From a virus (Duplodnaviria > Caudoviricetes), in the IMG/VR virus record IMGVR_UViG_3300014969_000001, positions 1 to 64,000 of that record: DNA of 64,000 nt. One strand, given 5' to 3'. How positions within the stretch are numbered: the first letter of the stretch is position 1; each line of letters opens with the position of its first letter. The notes beneath the pieces were generated by a model that made no database searches, was not told the origin of the DNA, and worked only from the letters and a program-made list of their open reading frames with translations. Shown in pieces: positions 1-10,864 of this stretch. A program made the translations under genes and the position numbers.

Positions 1-57
1 GCTATGCCAAAAGCAAAGCCTGGCCAATACTTTGGAGTAAACCTAAAATTAAGATAA
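1..57 (+). CDS. 3' end of upstream late gene (partial)
   Basis: Open frame from window edge (AMPKAKPGQYFGVNLKLR) ending TAA 1 nt before the next ATG at 59. Confidence 0.5.
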   Translation, partial: AMPKAKPGQYFGVNLKLR

Positions 58-58
58 G

Positions 59-3000
59 ATGGAAACTCAGAATACATTTGCTAAGATGCTGATTTCGGAT
101 GCCAGTCCTCTGAATGCAGGTCCGGATCTACTTACTGCATCACAGCATATAGAATTCCTTAGCAATGGTAAAGATGAGTTTATCTTACAGAATACCGATG
201 GTACAGAATATATTGGTTCTTTGAATACTGGTTTTGTTCCAATAGGTATCGGAACTTTTAATAAGGTCGCTTATATTGTCAGCTATAATCCATTATTAAA
301 TCTTACTGAGATCGGTTCATTTCCGAGCCCGGAACCTTTTAAGACAGAAGGTAAATTACAGTATCAGTATCTTCCTTTACAGAACTTTAAAACTGGAAAT
401 TCTTATGGCGCATTTCAGAGTACCAAGTTTGGTTATTCTCTGAACCAGGCTGTACGAGTTGAGGTGCAACCAGCTTTCGATGGGACAGTGAACCTTATCT
501 TACAGGATACTGTGCATCCTGAGATTATGGTAAACACACGCTTTAGTGTGACTGACAATATGGAATACCGTATTGTCGATCGCTCCGGCGTGGATTCTAA
601 TCTTTATGATGAGAACTCCTTTGGTTCCACGCTCAACTTGTTCAGCCGTTCTCCTTACCTGATGGGCTGTGAGTTTGTCGGTCTTGAAATTGGTGGACAG
701 GCGAAGCTTGGGAATTATCGTTTTTTCGTGAGGTATTCTACTCAGGATGGTAATGAAACGGATGTAATGGCAGAAACCTTTCCGATATCAGTTATCTATG
801 GAAAGAATGCTAAAACACTTCGTGGTGGCAAGAACAATGAGCCAAGTGATAAACGGGTTCATTTACGAATGACCAACCTGGATCCTGTTTATCCATTCCT
901 GCGGATCTATTACACGTATGCTGCCGGCGATATGGAAACTACAGTGCTTGCTTACCAATTGCGGCAGTTAGTTCCTACCCGTGGAGCAAAGACATTAGAT
1001 TTCTATTTCAGTGGAATTGAAGAAAGCTTACCAGTAGGGGAAACTTCGCTTTCACTTGCAATGGCTACGCTGGATCACTTTCAGGGAATGGCTCAGATCA
1101 ACAATCAGCTAGTGCTTGTTGGTGGCCAGGAAAAGTCAAGGGATACTGACTTGCTTGCTAACTTTGCAAAGCATATTACAATAGGTCATAAAGAGGTGAA
1201 GATGCATGCACCTGGTTATAATTCTGATCTATTATCAGTTCTTGATACACATCTTAATGAGGATTTGCTTTCTACTACTCCTGTAGTTGATAATAATATT
1301 AAAAAGCCTGATATTCTTGTAGGTGCTCCGGGTGGTTATCTGAATCCATGGAATGCTAACAGATATGCCGGTTACATGGGAGGTGAGGCTACTCCATTTT
1401 CTGTGAAGTTTATCTTCACTGATGGCACAATGTCGCCAGCCTATCCATGCATGGGTATTGATAATGTCACCAATGGACAACAGTTGAATACACTCTATCC
1501 TAATCATCAAGGATTAGTAGATACTGTTAGTGGTCCTGTTTATAATGGATGGCTAACAGCAAATGGAACCAACGTATCTGGTATTTACCGCTTTCCTAAT
1601 CGAAATTCTCCTGGTGTTCCTCCTATTCTTACGAATCAGATATTTTCTGTGAATGGGGTTACCTTCCAGATTCCTGAACTTACCAGAACAGTTTATGAAG
1701 ATATTCGGAAGTTTACGATTGGGGTACAATTCTTCAGAGGTGAACGCAAACCAGATGCAATCGCTCAGGGATACCTCATACCTACTGTATCAGTATTAAA
1801 AGAAAGAGATGACACTTGGACTTATAAAGACCATGTTGATACAGCTTATGGAACACTTGCAAATCTCAAATTTGTACCAGCTCTCCGTGGTGGATTAGAA
1901 GGTATTCATAAAGAGAGAACAGGTAATGGAAGCTATAATAAATATGGCATATTTCCTGTCTGGTTTTATAGACTTCATACTGCTGGTAATGATATCCTTT
2001 CTCTATTTAGATATGCTTTCCTGAGTTGTGATGTTTTGGGAGATCCGGATAAGATGGGTGATATTCTGAATCAACGGGTACAACGAACAGTTAAGATTCT
2101 TTCAGTTGCAATAGCTCAGAGTGCTGCCAGAGTAAGATGGAATACAGTTGATAATAATGAAAATCAATATGTGCCTTCAGTCTATGTGGCTACAAATATG
2201 TACAATCCAAGTCCTCAATTTGATCCGAATAAGAAAGCGGATTTATCTTGGGTACCGGCTTATTCTGACAACTTCAATCAAGGTCAATTCAGTTCGCATG
2301 CAAAGTTTGCTGCAAAATTAAACGACACTGATAAAGTCGAAATAGATATTAATTTCAATAGCTATGTGGGTGTAGTTTTTAAAAATCAGATAAACCCACA
2401 CATGCCAATTAATATCACTTCTTTAAGTGATCAGGATGGTCCTGCTGCTAGTGATAGAGATTCATGGTCAGGTGGCCAAAATTATTTTCAATGTCAGGTT
2501 GGTTTTCTGGCAAACATCTATAAGGATCAGGGCCAACTAAAAACATCAGATCTGCCTTTAACTTATTCCAATATTTCTACTATCCGCTATACACCGATAT
2601 CGCCTCGCCTTTATTGGAAGAAAGATGCAGCGGTAGCGGGTTCTGATGATACCAATAGCCTTGAAAGCTTACTTGATACAGATAGAAAGTTATTGTTGTT
2701 TGGTGGTGATATTTACATTGCTACAGCGATGCGCCGCCTTTATACAAATAGTTATTGGGATACATCAAAGCCAGATGCATATAATGCAGGGATTGGTACA
2801 ACGGTACAAATATGTAATGAAAGCATCTATAATCCTGCGTGGCGCCATCCACAGACGGAGGATGCCAATGAGCTGTTTACGGCAGGCTATGACCGAACAT
2901 TTGCCCCATATGTTGCACAGGATGAGCAATGGTACTGGGATGACTATAAACTAAATTCCTTTCGACGAGGAAGATTACGGGAAACGTCAGGATCAAATCG

Positions 3001-4195
3001 AGGTTATAGCTACCGTAGTTCAGCGATCATACATATTGCAGATTCACCAGAAGCACCATTCAGAGCAAACATGCACCCGAACAGGGTTTATGTAACTGAG
3101 CCTTATAATCCGTCGGCTTTTGTGAATGGGTATAGAACCCTTCTCCCGTTGTCCTCACGCGATTATAATCTTGAGCTAGGTCCAATTACCACCGCGCACT
3201 CAAGTGAAGGCAGGCTCGTTCTGGTGCATGAAAAAGGCATATCCTCAATGGGCCTCAATGAACGGATAGAAGCAGGTAAGGATTCTACCGGCGTTGTATA
3301 TGCAGAGCCGGGTTCGACACTTCCCCCGGTGGCGAGAAGGGATTCATCTGAATTCGGCAGTACATGGGGATTCTCTACCTGTGTATCTGACAGCTTTGTG
3401 TATGGTGTAGATGTCAATTCCCATAAGATCTGGCAGCACAATAACCAGGGAGCTGTAACGCTTATCTCTGATCAGTCTATTCAAGGCTTCCTGAAACAAT
3501 GGACCTCGGCTTATATAAAGGTTCATCAGAAGATATGTGATTATGATATCAGATCGCAATGGGATCGGCTTACCGGTAATGTGTATTTCAACTTCTACAT
3601 GAAGAATGCCTGGAATTTTAACTACCGTGTTCTTAATACTGGCCGGCCATCTGACTGGTTCAATAATGGCAATTGCTTTACGCTTGTGTATTCTGAAACG
3701 ATGAAGGTCTGGAACTGCACAAATGCATACCGTCCATTGCTATACTTTAGTGCGCTTGATAATTTTTATTCTTTCCCTCTCACCGCTCCCTATGAAAGAA
3801 TGTTTCAGCATGGCGTTAAGGTAACTTCGGCAGGGCAGAAGAATTGCGGTAACTTCTATGGTACAGATTATCCATTCTACTTTGAGTTCATTGTAAGAGG
3901 TAAGCAGATCGCGCAGGTATTCGACACGCTAGAGATGGGTTGCTCTCCGACCTATCCGGCCTGGCTTGAGCTGACTACAGCTGATGGCACTTATAAGCAG
4001 ATGATCCGGCATACGCGCAGCTTACGCACAGATAATGCTCATTATCGTAAAGGAAGAATGTATATCGAACTTGAGAACCGTATCCGTCGGAATAGATTAG
4101 AAGAAGAATATCTCCGAATTCGTGTAGGGTATGAAACGAGGGATAAGGTATTTATAAATTTAATAAAAACGCACCATCGTGAATCCTATACTTAG
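59..4195 (+). CDS. crAss-like tail stabilisation / muzzle protein
   Basis: 1378 aa beta-rich protein (GNYRFFVRYSTQDGNETD, FGSTWGFS, VYGVD..KIW, FYFEFIV); size and position just upstream of cargo and vRNAP genes match crAss-like gene order. Confidence 0.7.
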   Translation: METQNTFAKMLISDASPLNAGPDLLTASQHIEFLSNGKDEFILQNTDGTEYIGSLNTGFVPIGIGTFNKVAYIVSYNPLLNLTEIGSFPSPEPFKTEGKLQYQYLPLQNFKTGNSYGAFQSTKFGYSLNQAVRVEVQPAFDGTVNLILQDTVHPEIMVNTRFSVTDNMEYRIVDRSGVDSNLYDENSFGSTLNLFSRSPYLMGCEFVGLEIGGQAKLGNYRFFVRYSTQDGNETDVMAETFPISVIYGKNAKTLRGGKNNEPSDKRVHLRMTNLDPVYPFLRIYYTYAAGDMETTVLAYQLRQLVPTRGAKTLDFYFSGIEESLPVGETSLSLAMATLDHFQGMAQINNQLVLVGGQEKSRDTDLLANFAKHITIGHKEVKMHAPGYNSDLLSVLDTHLNEDLLSTTPVVDNNIKKPDILVGAPGGYLNPWNANRYAGYMGGEATPFSVKFIFTDGTMSPAYPCMGIDNVTNGQQLNTLYPNHQGLVDTVSGPVYNGWLTANGTNVSGIYRFPNRNSPGVPPILTNQIFSVNGVTFQIPELTRTVYEDIRKFTIGVQFFRGERKPDAIAQGYLIPTVSVLKERDDTWTYKDHVDTAYGTLANLKFVPALRGGLEGIHKERTGNGSYNKYGIFPVWFYRLHTAGNDILSLFRYAFLSCDVLGDPDKMGDILNQRVQRTVKILSVAIAQSAARVRWNTVDNNENQYVPSVYVATNMYNPSPQFDPNKKADLSWVPAYSDNFNQGQFSSHAKFAAKLNDTDKVEIDINFNSYVGVVFKNQINPHMPINITSLSDQDGPAASDRDSWSGGQNYFQCQVGFLANIYKDQGQLKTSDLPLTYSNISTIRYTPISPRLYWKKDAAVAGSDDTNSLESLLDTDRKLLLFGGDIYIATAMRRLYTNSYWDTSKPDAYNAGIGTTVQICNESIYNPAWRHPQTEDANELFTAGYDRTFAPYVAQDEQWYWDDYKLNSFRRGRLRETSGSNRGYSYRSSAIIHIADSPEAPFRANMHPNRVYVTEPYNPSAFVNGYRTLLPLSSRDYNLELGPITTAHSSEGRLVLVHEKGISSMGLNERIEAGKDSTGVVYAEPGSTLPPVARRDSSEFGSTWGFSTCVSDSFVYGVDVNSHKIWQHNNQGAVTLISDQSIQGFLKQWTSAYIKVHQKICDYDIRSQWDRLTGNVYFNFYMKNAWNFNYRVLNTGRPSDWFNNGNCFTLVYSETMKVWNCTNAYRPLLYFSALDNFYSFPLTAPYERMFQHGVKVTSAGQKNCGNFYGTDYPFYFEFIVRGKQIAQVFDTLEMGCSPTYPAWLELTTADGTYKQMIRHTRSLRTDNAHYRKGRMYIELENRIRRNRLEEEYLRIRVGYETRDKVFINLIKTHHRESYT

Positions 4196-6674
4196 ACCAT
4201 ACCGAAGATACGCAGCTGGCGCTCCTATCAGTAAATTACAGATGGGTACGATGGCGGCACAAGCCGTTGGCAACATGATGCCAGGCGCACAGCAATATGA
4301 AGATGAGGACAGCAATTATATTGCTCAGATGAATAAGCGGCAGCAGCAAAGCGGCCAGATCACTGATACTGCTTCTAATCTTTTAATGTCTACAGGTAAT
4401 CCAATAGGTGTGGGTATCGGTGCCGGGTTGATGCTGGGCTCAAAAGCTGATGCTGCAATACAGAAAAAATTGAAGGATGAAGAAGGCTTTTACAAGTCTG
4501 ATTCAGCCCGCTTCTGGGGTAAAGCATCTGAGAATATTCTGAATCCTGTAGCTGCTATCAGTAATCAGATAGACTTTCTTGGTAATAAAGATTACTCTCT
4601 TTCTGATAAGCTATTCCATGGCAATAGGGTGCAGAAGGAGATGGAGCAGAAAGCGAAGGAAGAATTAAGATTAAAAAAACAGGCAAAAGCCAATGAACTT
4701 GCCAATAGCTTATCAGCTGGTCAGTTCGGTGAATCGATTATGAGCCAATCCTTCCAACCTGGAGGGCGCATTTTATATCCTCAGAGAGCTATCCCATTAT
4801 CTGCTCAACAAATAGCTAATAATGTAGAAAGAGGAAAAGCAATGGTGCAAGCACGCAATCTCTCTTATCTTAGAAATGCTGCGAATATTGCTTCTTTAGC
4901 AAGAGGTATTCCAGAACCAATTTCTCAGGGTATAGGTTGGGGAGGCGCAGTAATTAGCGCAGGACTAAATGCTAAAGATGCCTATAATGCTTATCAAAAA
5001 GGCGATTATATGGAAGCAGCTAATCAGGCAGCACAAGCAGGATTAGAGGTTATTCCTGGTGGAACAGCAGCATTTAGAACAGCTGAAAATGTGATCCCAA
5101 AAGTTGTCGGTGAAGGTATGGCTATGTATAATGATTATAAGCAAGGACAGAATGAAATGGAAGCTGCTCGACATAAAAGAGAAAATGGAGGTAGGATCTT
5201 ATTCCCTCATAGAATTTTTAAAGGTGGTGGAGTAACTACACCAGTTACTAAACCAATTGCTAAACCTTTGAATATTGCAGCTACTGCACAAGACAGTATG
5301 GACCTATATAATAGTGCTAAAGCTGTACAGGATTATTACACCAATAAGAATACTTTCGCTAAAGGCATATATTCACAAGGTACTACATTAGGAACTAATA
5401 ACCAGACTCAAGCAAACATCTTTGAGAATCTGGATTGGGGTGCTCAGACTGCAAAAGATAGAGCAGCAGCAGGTGAAACAACCAGGATATCTGAAGCAGG
5501 TAAGGTTACTGACAGAGTGATGGCCCCTGAAGAATATAGAACTGATATTGATAAGAATAGATTTACACAACGTGAAGTACAGCAACGTATTATAGATAAA
5601 GATTCACCTGCACCATTATATGATAGGAGAATTAAACCTCAGTTAGATGTATCATACAAAGGTCTAACTGGTCCTATGAAGGGTGATGAAGTACAAATGT
5701 ATGGTTATGACCCTATTGCTGTTAAACCTTGGCATTCAATGTCTACTGTTGAACAGAAATTGAGAGTAGCTAAATATGGCTTTCCTCCGGGAATAACTGC
5801 TATTGTAGAGAAACCCGCTCTTGAACAAATGACAGGCAGAGGCACATCTATTCAACCTACTGTTGCTCCTGTTGTCAATCCTGTAGTTGCTCCTATTCCA
5901 ATGCAACGTGCGCCAGTTCAAACTCAACCTACAACTACTCCTGTACCTGAGAAAGCCACTAGAAGGAATACAGACCCATTTCAAAGAAATGTACTCAATG
6001 AAGTTATGACTGATAGGGGGCATTATGTTCAGAAAAAAGTTAAAGTTCTTTCAAATAGAGAAAAAGCTGCTGCAGCCAAACATGAAAATGGTGGCCGGAT
6101 TCTCTATGCTAAAGGTGGTGGAATACATATAAAGAAATCACACAAAGGCCTATTTACTGCGAAAGCCAAAGCAGCTGGCATGAGTGTTCAGGCATTTGCC
6201 AGACACGTTCTTGCTAATAAAGAAAAGTATTCCGCTGCTACAGTAAAGCAAGCTAACTTCGCCAGAAACGCTTCTAAGTGGAAACATGAAGAAGGTGGTG
6301 TAATCCAGAAATTATCCAGCGGTGGTCGCATTCTGTTCCCAAGTAGAATCCTCTCAAAAGAGCTACCTCAAAAAACGATTGTAAATTACAAACGCGGGGG
6401 TGCAATTATCTTAGGAGGTAAACGCCATGAAGATGAATCCCTCACTGATCTTGGCAAAGGAAATCCTATAATGGATACTGAAGGCAAGGTAGCTGAAACT
6501 GAGGTAGGCGAATTGCTATTGAGCTTACAGCAGACTAAAAGAATCATGGAGCTTTATAACCAGGCGAAACGTGAGCCAGGCAATGCAAAAACCTTACTGA
6601 CTGAATTAGGACGTGAGATGCGTGATATTGTGATGACAGAAACTATTGATAAGTCAGGAGAATATAACCTATGA
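4179..6674 (+). CDS. Virion cargo (ejection) protein with repeated xxGGRIL motifs
   Basis: 831 aa; four GGRIL(Y/F) repeats; crAss-type block GIHIKKSHKGLFT..KQANFARNASKWKH; C-terminal GGKRH...AETEVGE domain; follows the muzzle gene. Confidence 0.65.
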   Translation: MNPILRPYRRYAAGAPISKLQMGTMAAQAVGNMMPGAQQYEDEDSNYIAQMNKRQQQSGQITDTASNLLMSTGNPIGVGIGAGLMLGSKADAAIQKKLKDEEGFYKSDSARFWGKASENILNPVAAISNQIDFLGNKDYSLSDKLFHGNRVQKEMEQKAKEELRLKKQAKANELANSLSAGQFGESIMSQSFQPGGRILYPQRAIPLSAQQIANNVERGKAMVQARNLSYLRNAANIASLARGIPEPISQGIGWGGAVISAGLNAKDAYNAYQKGDYMEAANQAAQAGLEVIPGGTAAFRTAENVIPKVVGEGMAMYNDYKQGQNEMEAARHKRENGGRILFPHRIFKGGGVTTPVTKPIAKPLNIAATAQDSMDLYNSAKAVQDYYTNKNTFAKGIYSQGTTLGTNNQTQANIFENLDWGAQTAKDRAAAGETTRISEAGKVTDRVMAPEEYRTDIDKNRFTQREVQQRIIDKDSPAPLYDRRIKPQLDVSYKGLTGPMKGDEVQMYGYDPIAVKPWHSMSTVEQKLRVAKYGFPPGITAIVEKPALEQMTGRGTSIQPTVAPVVNPVVAPIPMQRAPVQTQPTTTPVPEKATRRNTDPFQRNVLNEVMTDRGHYVQKKVKVLSNREKAAAAKHENGGRILYAKGGGIHIKKSHKGLFTAKAKAAGMSVQAFARHVLANKEKYSAATVKQANFARNASKWKHEEGGVIQKLSSGGRILFPSRILSKELPQKTIVNYKRGGAIILGGKRHEDESLTDLGKGNPIMDTEGKVAETEVGELLLSLQQTKRIMELYNQAKREPGNAKTLLTELGREMRDIVMTETIDKSGEYNL

Positions 6675-6919
6675 GCTTGAAACCCAAACCAAAAAAACCC
6701 GCCACTGATGTCGGCATGGTTCAGATGAATGGTGTAAATGGAAAGGCAGAAAAAATCCTGAAAGGGAGTGAACGCATCTTCTCTCGACAGGACACCAAAA
6801 AAATCGTACAAAAAGCTAAAGTAGCTGAGGATGAGAATATGCTATATGATCTTGGTTCAATGATATCAAAGATGATTGAGAAGCAGGATAAGTTAGGTCC
6901 AGAATACACAACTGATTAA
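6671..6919 (+). CDS. Small conserved crAss-like virion/cargo protein
   Basis: 82 aa with GSERIFSRQDTKKI...LG...QD..PEY pattern recalled from crAss-like phages; resembles the C-terminus of the upstream ORF; ATGA overlap. Confidence 0.6.
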   Translation: MSLKPKPKKPATDVGMVQMNGVNGKAEKILKGSERIFSRQDTKKIVQKAKVAEDENMLYDLGSMISKMIEKQDKLGPEYTTD

Positions 6920-6939
6920 TAACTCTAAATTATAAGACC

Positions 6940-7365
6940 ATGAATTACATTGAGAAATATGGCAATCGCAAACGCGAACCTAGAAAGTTTCAAGGAGGAG
7001 GAGATATGCCTGGAGCAGCAGCACCAGAAGGAGCACCAGCAGGACCGCCACCGGGAGCCGGAGCGCCACCGGCAGGAGGAGAGATAGAATCTATGCTTCG
7101 GGAATTTGTAACGACACAGGACCCGCAATTAGCTGTACAGATCTGTACTATGATGGCGGCACAAATGGGTATTGAAGCTCCTGCACCGGCTGCACCGGAA
7201 GGTGGTGGTGCTCCTACCGAAATGCCGGGTGGTGCCGGAATGCCAGGCGCACCTACAGGAGCGGGAGCAGGTGGAATGCCAATGGGTAAACGTGGTATGT
7301 CAATACCAGTTCGTACACAGATGCGCACTTTTGCAAAACCGACAGTTATCAAACCTAAACTCTAA
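6940..7365 (+). CDS. Small Pro/Ala/Gly-rich crAss-like cargo protein
   Basis: 141 aa; RKFQGGG N-terminus, QDPQLAVQIC helical core, GKRG C-terminal motif. Confidence 0.6.
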   Translation: MNYIEKYGNRKREPRKFQGGGDMPGAAAPEGAPAGPPPGAGAPPAGGEIESMLREFVTTQDPQLAVQICTMMAAQMGIEAPAPAAPEGGGAPTEMPGGAGMPGAPTGAGAGGMPMGKRGMSIPVRTQMRTFAKPTVIKPKL

Positions 7366-7370
7366 TTGTC

Positions 7371-8540
7371 ATGCCTGTAGTTCGTAAACCTGTAGTTCGC
7401 AAACCTGTAGCACCAGTAGCACCTATAGCGCCTCCTGTATTGATGCCAACTGCAAAACCTGGTCCTCAATACTATAGAGATCCTAATGCTATTGAAACTA
7501 GCAGAAATACTTATGAGCTACAGACTAGCAATAATCCATATGAGAATTTACAAAGATCTGCTCAATATGATTATAGTCCAGATCGTGTAACAGCTCCGCC
7601 AACACCGGTACCAGTAACGCAATTTACTCCTTCTCCGGAATGGTATACTCAAACAGGTGGAGCAGCTGGTGCAATGCCACCACCTGTAATACCAGCAGGT
7701 CCACATTCTACTGCAGCAGATCAAAGAAATCAAACTGCTATGGGTGGCCTGAAAAGAATAGGGGAATCAATACAAAATAATCCACTCGGAGCAATCAATA
7801 CCGGACTTGGAGTAGCTGGACTTGCTATGTATGCCACAGCTAAAAGGCCTGGTCAATTAGCTCGCCCAGCTACACTTACTTCCGAGATTCCTGTGCAATC
7901 CTATGAAGATGATCGCGCGCGCGCGCAAGCTGCTCAGGCTGCTACTATGAGCACCGGACAGATGGGATTACAACGTCAGGCAGGAAGTGACATAAATTCT
8001 TATATTGCAGGTATGCAGAATTTGCAGGGCCAACAAATAGGAGCTAATGCCGACCTCAATCAAAAGATCATGGATCTTCGTCGTGCTGATGCTACAGCCG
8101 CCGCAGCACAGCGAAACGAGGATACCAAATACAACCTTGCAACACAACGCTCATATGATGAAGCCATCTACAATGAGAAGGTCGGTAGATTCAATGAACA
8201 ACGTGCCAAAGGTGAAAAGCTGGCTCAGTCCTCTCTAGAATATTGGAATGCTAAGAATACTGAAGATCGTCAGTATGCTGAGAATATCAAGAAACAAAAA
8301 GGTGAACAGGCTAAATTAGCTTTCGATGCTGAATTACGTGACCTCTCTACCCGATATGGTACAGTTCCTGGTTTAGCTCAGATGACTCCAGAGCAACAGG
8401 TAGAAGCAACAAAAGCAAATAATTTAGCCCGGGAAGCAGAACGTACTGAATTATATAAACGCTATGGTATTGTTCCAGGAGCATCACCAATTGAAGGAAT
8501 AGCAAAAGCACCAGATTTAAAAAGATCAGTAACCCAATAA
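7371..8540 (+). CDS. Putative cargo/ejection protein with a hydrophobic segment and coiled coil
   Basis: 389 aa; Pro-rich N-terminus, LGAINTGLGVAGLAMYA hydrophobic stretch, Q/A-rich coiled coil. Confidence 0.55.
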   Translation: MPVVRKPVVRKPVAPVAPIAPPVLMPTAKPGPQYYRDPNAIETSRNTYELQTSNNPYENLQRSAQYDYSPDRVTAPPTPVPVTQFTPSPEWYTQTGGAAGAMPPPVIPAGPHSTAADQRNQTAMGGLKRIGESIQNNPLGAINTGLGVAGLAMYATAKRPGQLARPATLTSEIPVQSYEDDRARAQAAQAATMSTGQMGLQRQAGSDINSYIAGMQNLQGQQIGANADLNQKIMDLRRADATAAAAQRNEDTKYNLATQRSYDEAIYNEKVGRFNEQRAKGEKLAQSSLEYWNAKNTEDRQYAENIKKQKGEQAKLAFDAELRDLSTRYGTVPGLAQMTPEQQVEATKANNLAREAERTELYKRYGIVPGASPIEGIAKAPDLKRSVTQ

Positions 8541-8544
8541 GATT

Positions 8545-10848
8545 ATGCTAAGACCGAACAGATTACACCGGAAAGTACAGAAGCTTCAAGAAGGTGGATA
8601 CATCTCGCAAATAGGAAAAACAATAGGGAAAACCTCACTTGCTAGTGGGGTTTTGCCGCAAATAGGGACAGCGTTAGACCAAGCAATTCCCGGGCTCACG
8701 CTTACCTATAAACCAATAGAACGCGCACTTCCCCCAGATCTCGCATCTATTCCTATTGCTCTTAAAGCAGAATCTTCGAAAGTAGCTGCAGAGAAACAGA
8801 AAGCCGGTCAGGATGTATTCACGAAAGCTATCGCCGATAAAGGTTTTAAACCCTGGCAGCAAGCTAAGCTGCAATCTGATATGCAGGCTGTCCGTGATGA
8901 GATAAAGAATAACCTGACTTCAGATCCTAATTACTACTCAAGTAGTCTTAATGCTCATAACCTTGAGAGTTCATTAAATTCTCTCGTTTCGAGTGAGCGT
9001 ATGTCTGTCTTTCAGAATCAACTGAAAGAAATAGAGTCAATGCAAAATCATATTAAAGCAGAGAAAATAGGAGAGAATACCTATCTGGATGCTGACAATA
9101 AAGTGCATTATAATCCTAGGACTGGAAAACAACTAACCTATAATGAATACCTCAATACTATAAGCACAGGTGCCGCATCAGATCCATTCGTTCAGGAGTT
9201 ATTGCAGACTTCTAAAAGACCTGAAGGATTTGTGTCTTTCTATAAAGGAGCAGGACAGATACCGGAAGATGTCACAAGTGAAATAGCAAAGTTTGTAAAT
9301 GCTGTAAAACCAGATACAGTAACCAGAGGTGGTGATATTAAAGGTATAGATTTACAACAAGCTGATGCCGCAAATATTTGGGCAAACTTTAAAAGCTATG
9401 ATAAAACATTCTCATCTACTGAAAAGAAGATGAATGCTTTATCTACAATGCTAAAAACGAACTGGCGTGACTTACTTGGTCCAAGAGCACAATATGCAGT
9501 TGAAGAAGAAGGAAGAAAGAAATTCCTGAACTCACAATGGGACTATAATGGTGAAAAAATGTCTGGCGCTGCTTTAATGCAGGGTGATGATAAGATGAAG
9601 GCATTTGCTCAGCAAAAGCAAGAAGCACAAACTAATAATGTCATTAATGATATTATCAAGAATCAAACAGATCTTGGCAGAGTTACTACAGATATTTATA
9701 AAACTCAATCAAATCGTGAAAGAGTGGTAGCTCCTGCTGCACCGGATTCAGGAGGTGTTGGTGCTGGTGCAGATGGAGAAATCCTTGACCGTCCTACTAT
9801 ACTGGATGCACAAAGTTATCTCGCAACAAGTAAGGATGCTCCATTAACTTTTGGATTTGCACAGGACAAAGTGAATATCCCAATCATAGCGACATCAACT
9901 AAACAACCTGATGCTACTAAAACATTCGATAAAGTTAATATCACAGCAGCGACAGGTTATGATATTTCTCAACAAGGATGGACTAGTAGCCGAACTGCTC
10001 CATTGCCATTAAATTATAATCTTGTTGGAGCTACTCATCAAAAGAATGTTGTTGTTCCTGTTTATACCGGAATTAAAATAGCTAAAGATGGTTCAAAGTT
10101 ACCAAGTGATCCTAATGTTAAAAGTATACTTGTTTCAGATGGTACTGCAGGGGATGCAAAAAGACATGGTGTACCTATGCATTTTGAAGGAGGAGGACCG
10201 CCTAAAGTTAGGTATGATAAAGATTGGGGATATAATTATGTAGAAGATGATAAAGGCAATCGCTATGTAGTAGAAAATAAGTCATTTGAAGTATGGTCAG
10301 GTAAGCAAGAAGGAATGTTAGATAAGGATGTTACTATTTTAAAACCGGATGATAAGAGTAGTTCACAGGTCAAATATGAAGGTCGTAACTTCAGTGATGA
10401 GAAAAATGAAGATTATATCCGGAAAAAGAAAGATGCTAAAAATAGAACTGTATTAGAACCTACACCTCAATATGACACTGCAATAAAGGCTTATACCCTT
10501 GCTATGCAAAATCGCTTTCAAGAAGAACTGGCAACAAATAAAGAACAGATAGAAGCAGATCCAGATATCTATAAAGCGATTCATGCAAAATATGCACAAG
10601 CACTTGGTGGAGAATCCTATGCTTTTGATGGTAAAAAATGGAAAGCGAAGACTTATAAAAGTCCACTGCAATTAATGAATGAATTAAGGGATGATCCATT
10701 TAAATCTCAATTATTAGCAAAGAAGATAAATGCTGAACTTGCCAATTATGAGAATGGCCTTCGCTATAAAACATTAGAAAGAACATTACCACAAGAAAAA
10801 GCTATAGCTCCATCTTCTACACAAACCAATACCTATACACAACAATAA
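8545..10848 (+). CDS. Putative cargo protein
   Basis: 767 aa; starts with the KLQEGG motif shared with the other cargo proteins; directly upstream of vRNAP. Confidence 0.55.
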   Translation: MLRPNRLHRKVQKLQEGGYISQIGKTIGKTSLASGVLPQIGTALDQAIPGLTLTYKPIERALPPDLASIPIALKAESSKVAAEKQKAGQDVFTKAIADKGFKPWQQAKLQSDMQAVRDEIKNNLTSDPNYYSSSLNAHNLESSLNSLVSSERMSVFQNQLKEIESMQNHIKAEKIGENTYLDADNKVHYNPRTGKQLTYNEYLNTISTGAASDPFVQELLQTSKRPEGFVSFYKGAGQIPEDVTSEIAKFVNAVKPDTVTRGGDIKGIDLQQADAANIWANFKSYDKTFSSTEKKMNALSTMLKTNWRDLLGPRAQYAVEEEGRKKFLNSQWDYNGEKMSGAALMQGDDKMKAFAQQKQEAQTNNVINDIIKNQTDLGRVTTDIYKTQSNRERVVAPAAPDSGGVGAGADGEILDRPTILDAQSYLATSKDAPLTFGFAQDKVNIPIIATSTKQPDATKTFDKVNITAATGYDISQQGWTSSRTAPLPLNYNLVGATHQKNVVVPVYTGIKIAKDGSKLPSDPNVKSILVSDGTAGDAKRHGVPMHFEGGGPPKVRYDKDWGYNYVEDDKGNRYVVENKSFEVWSGKQEGMLDKDVTILKPDDKSSSQVKYEGRNFSDEKNEDYIRKKKDAKNRTVLEPTPQYDTAIKAYTLAMQNRFQEELATNKEQIEADPDIYKAIHAKYAQALGGESYAFDGKKWKAKTYKSPLQLMNELRDDPFKSQLLAKKINAELANYENGLRYKTLERTLPQEKAIAPSSTQTNTYTQQ

Positions 10849-10864
10849 TCAAAAACTTAGCCAT

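Noticed and set aside
7374-7410. Short tandem repeat CCTGTAGTTCGYAAA
   Set aside because: In-frame coding repeat (PVVRK) with no sign of phase variation
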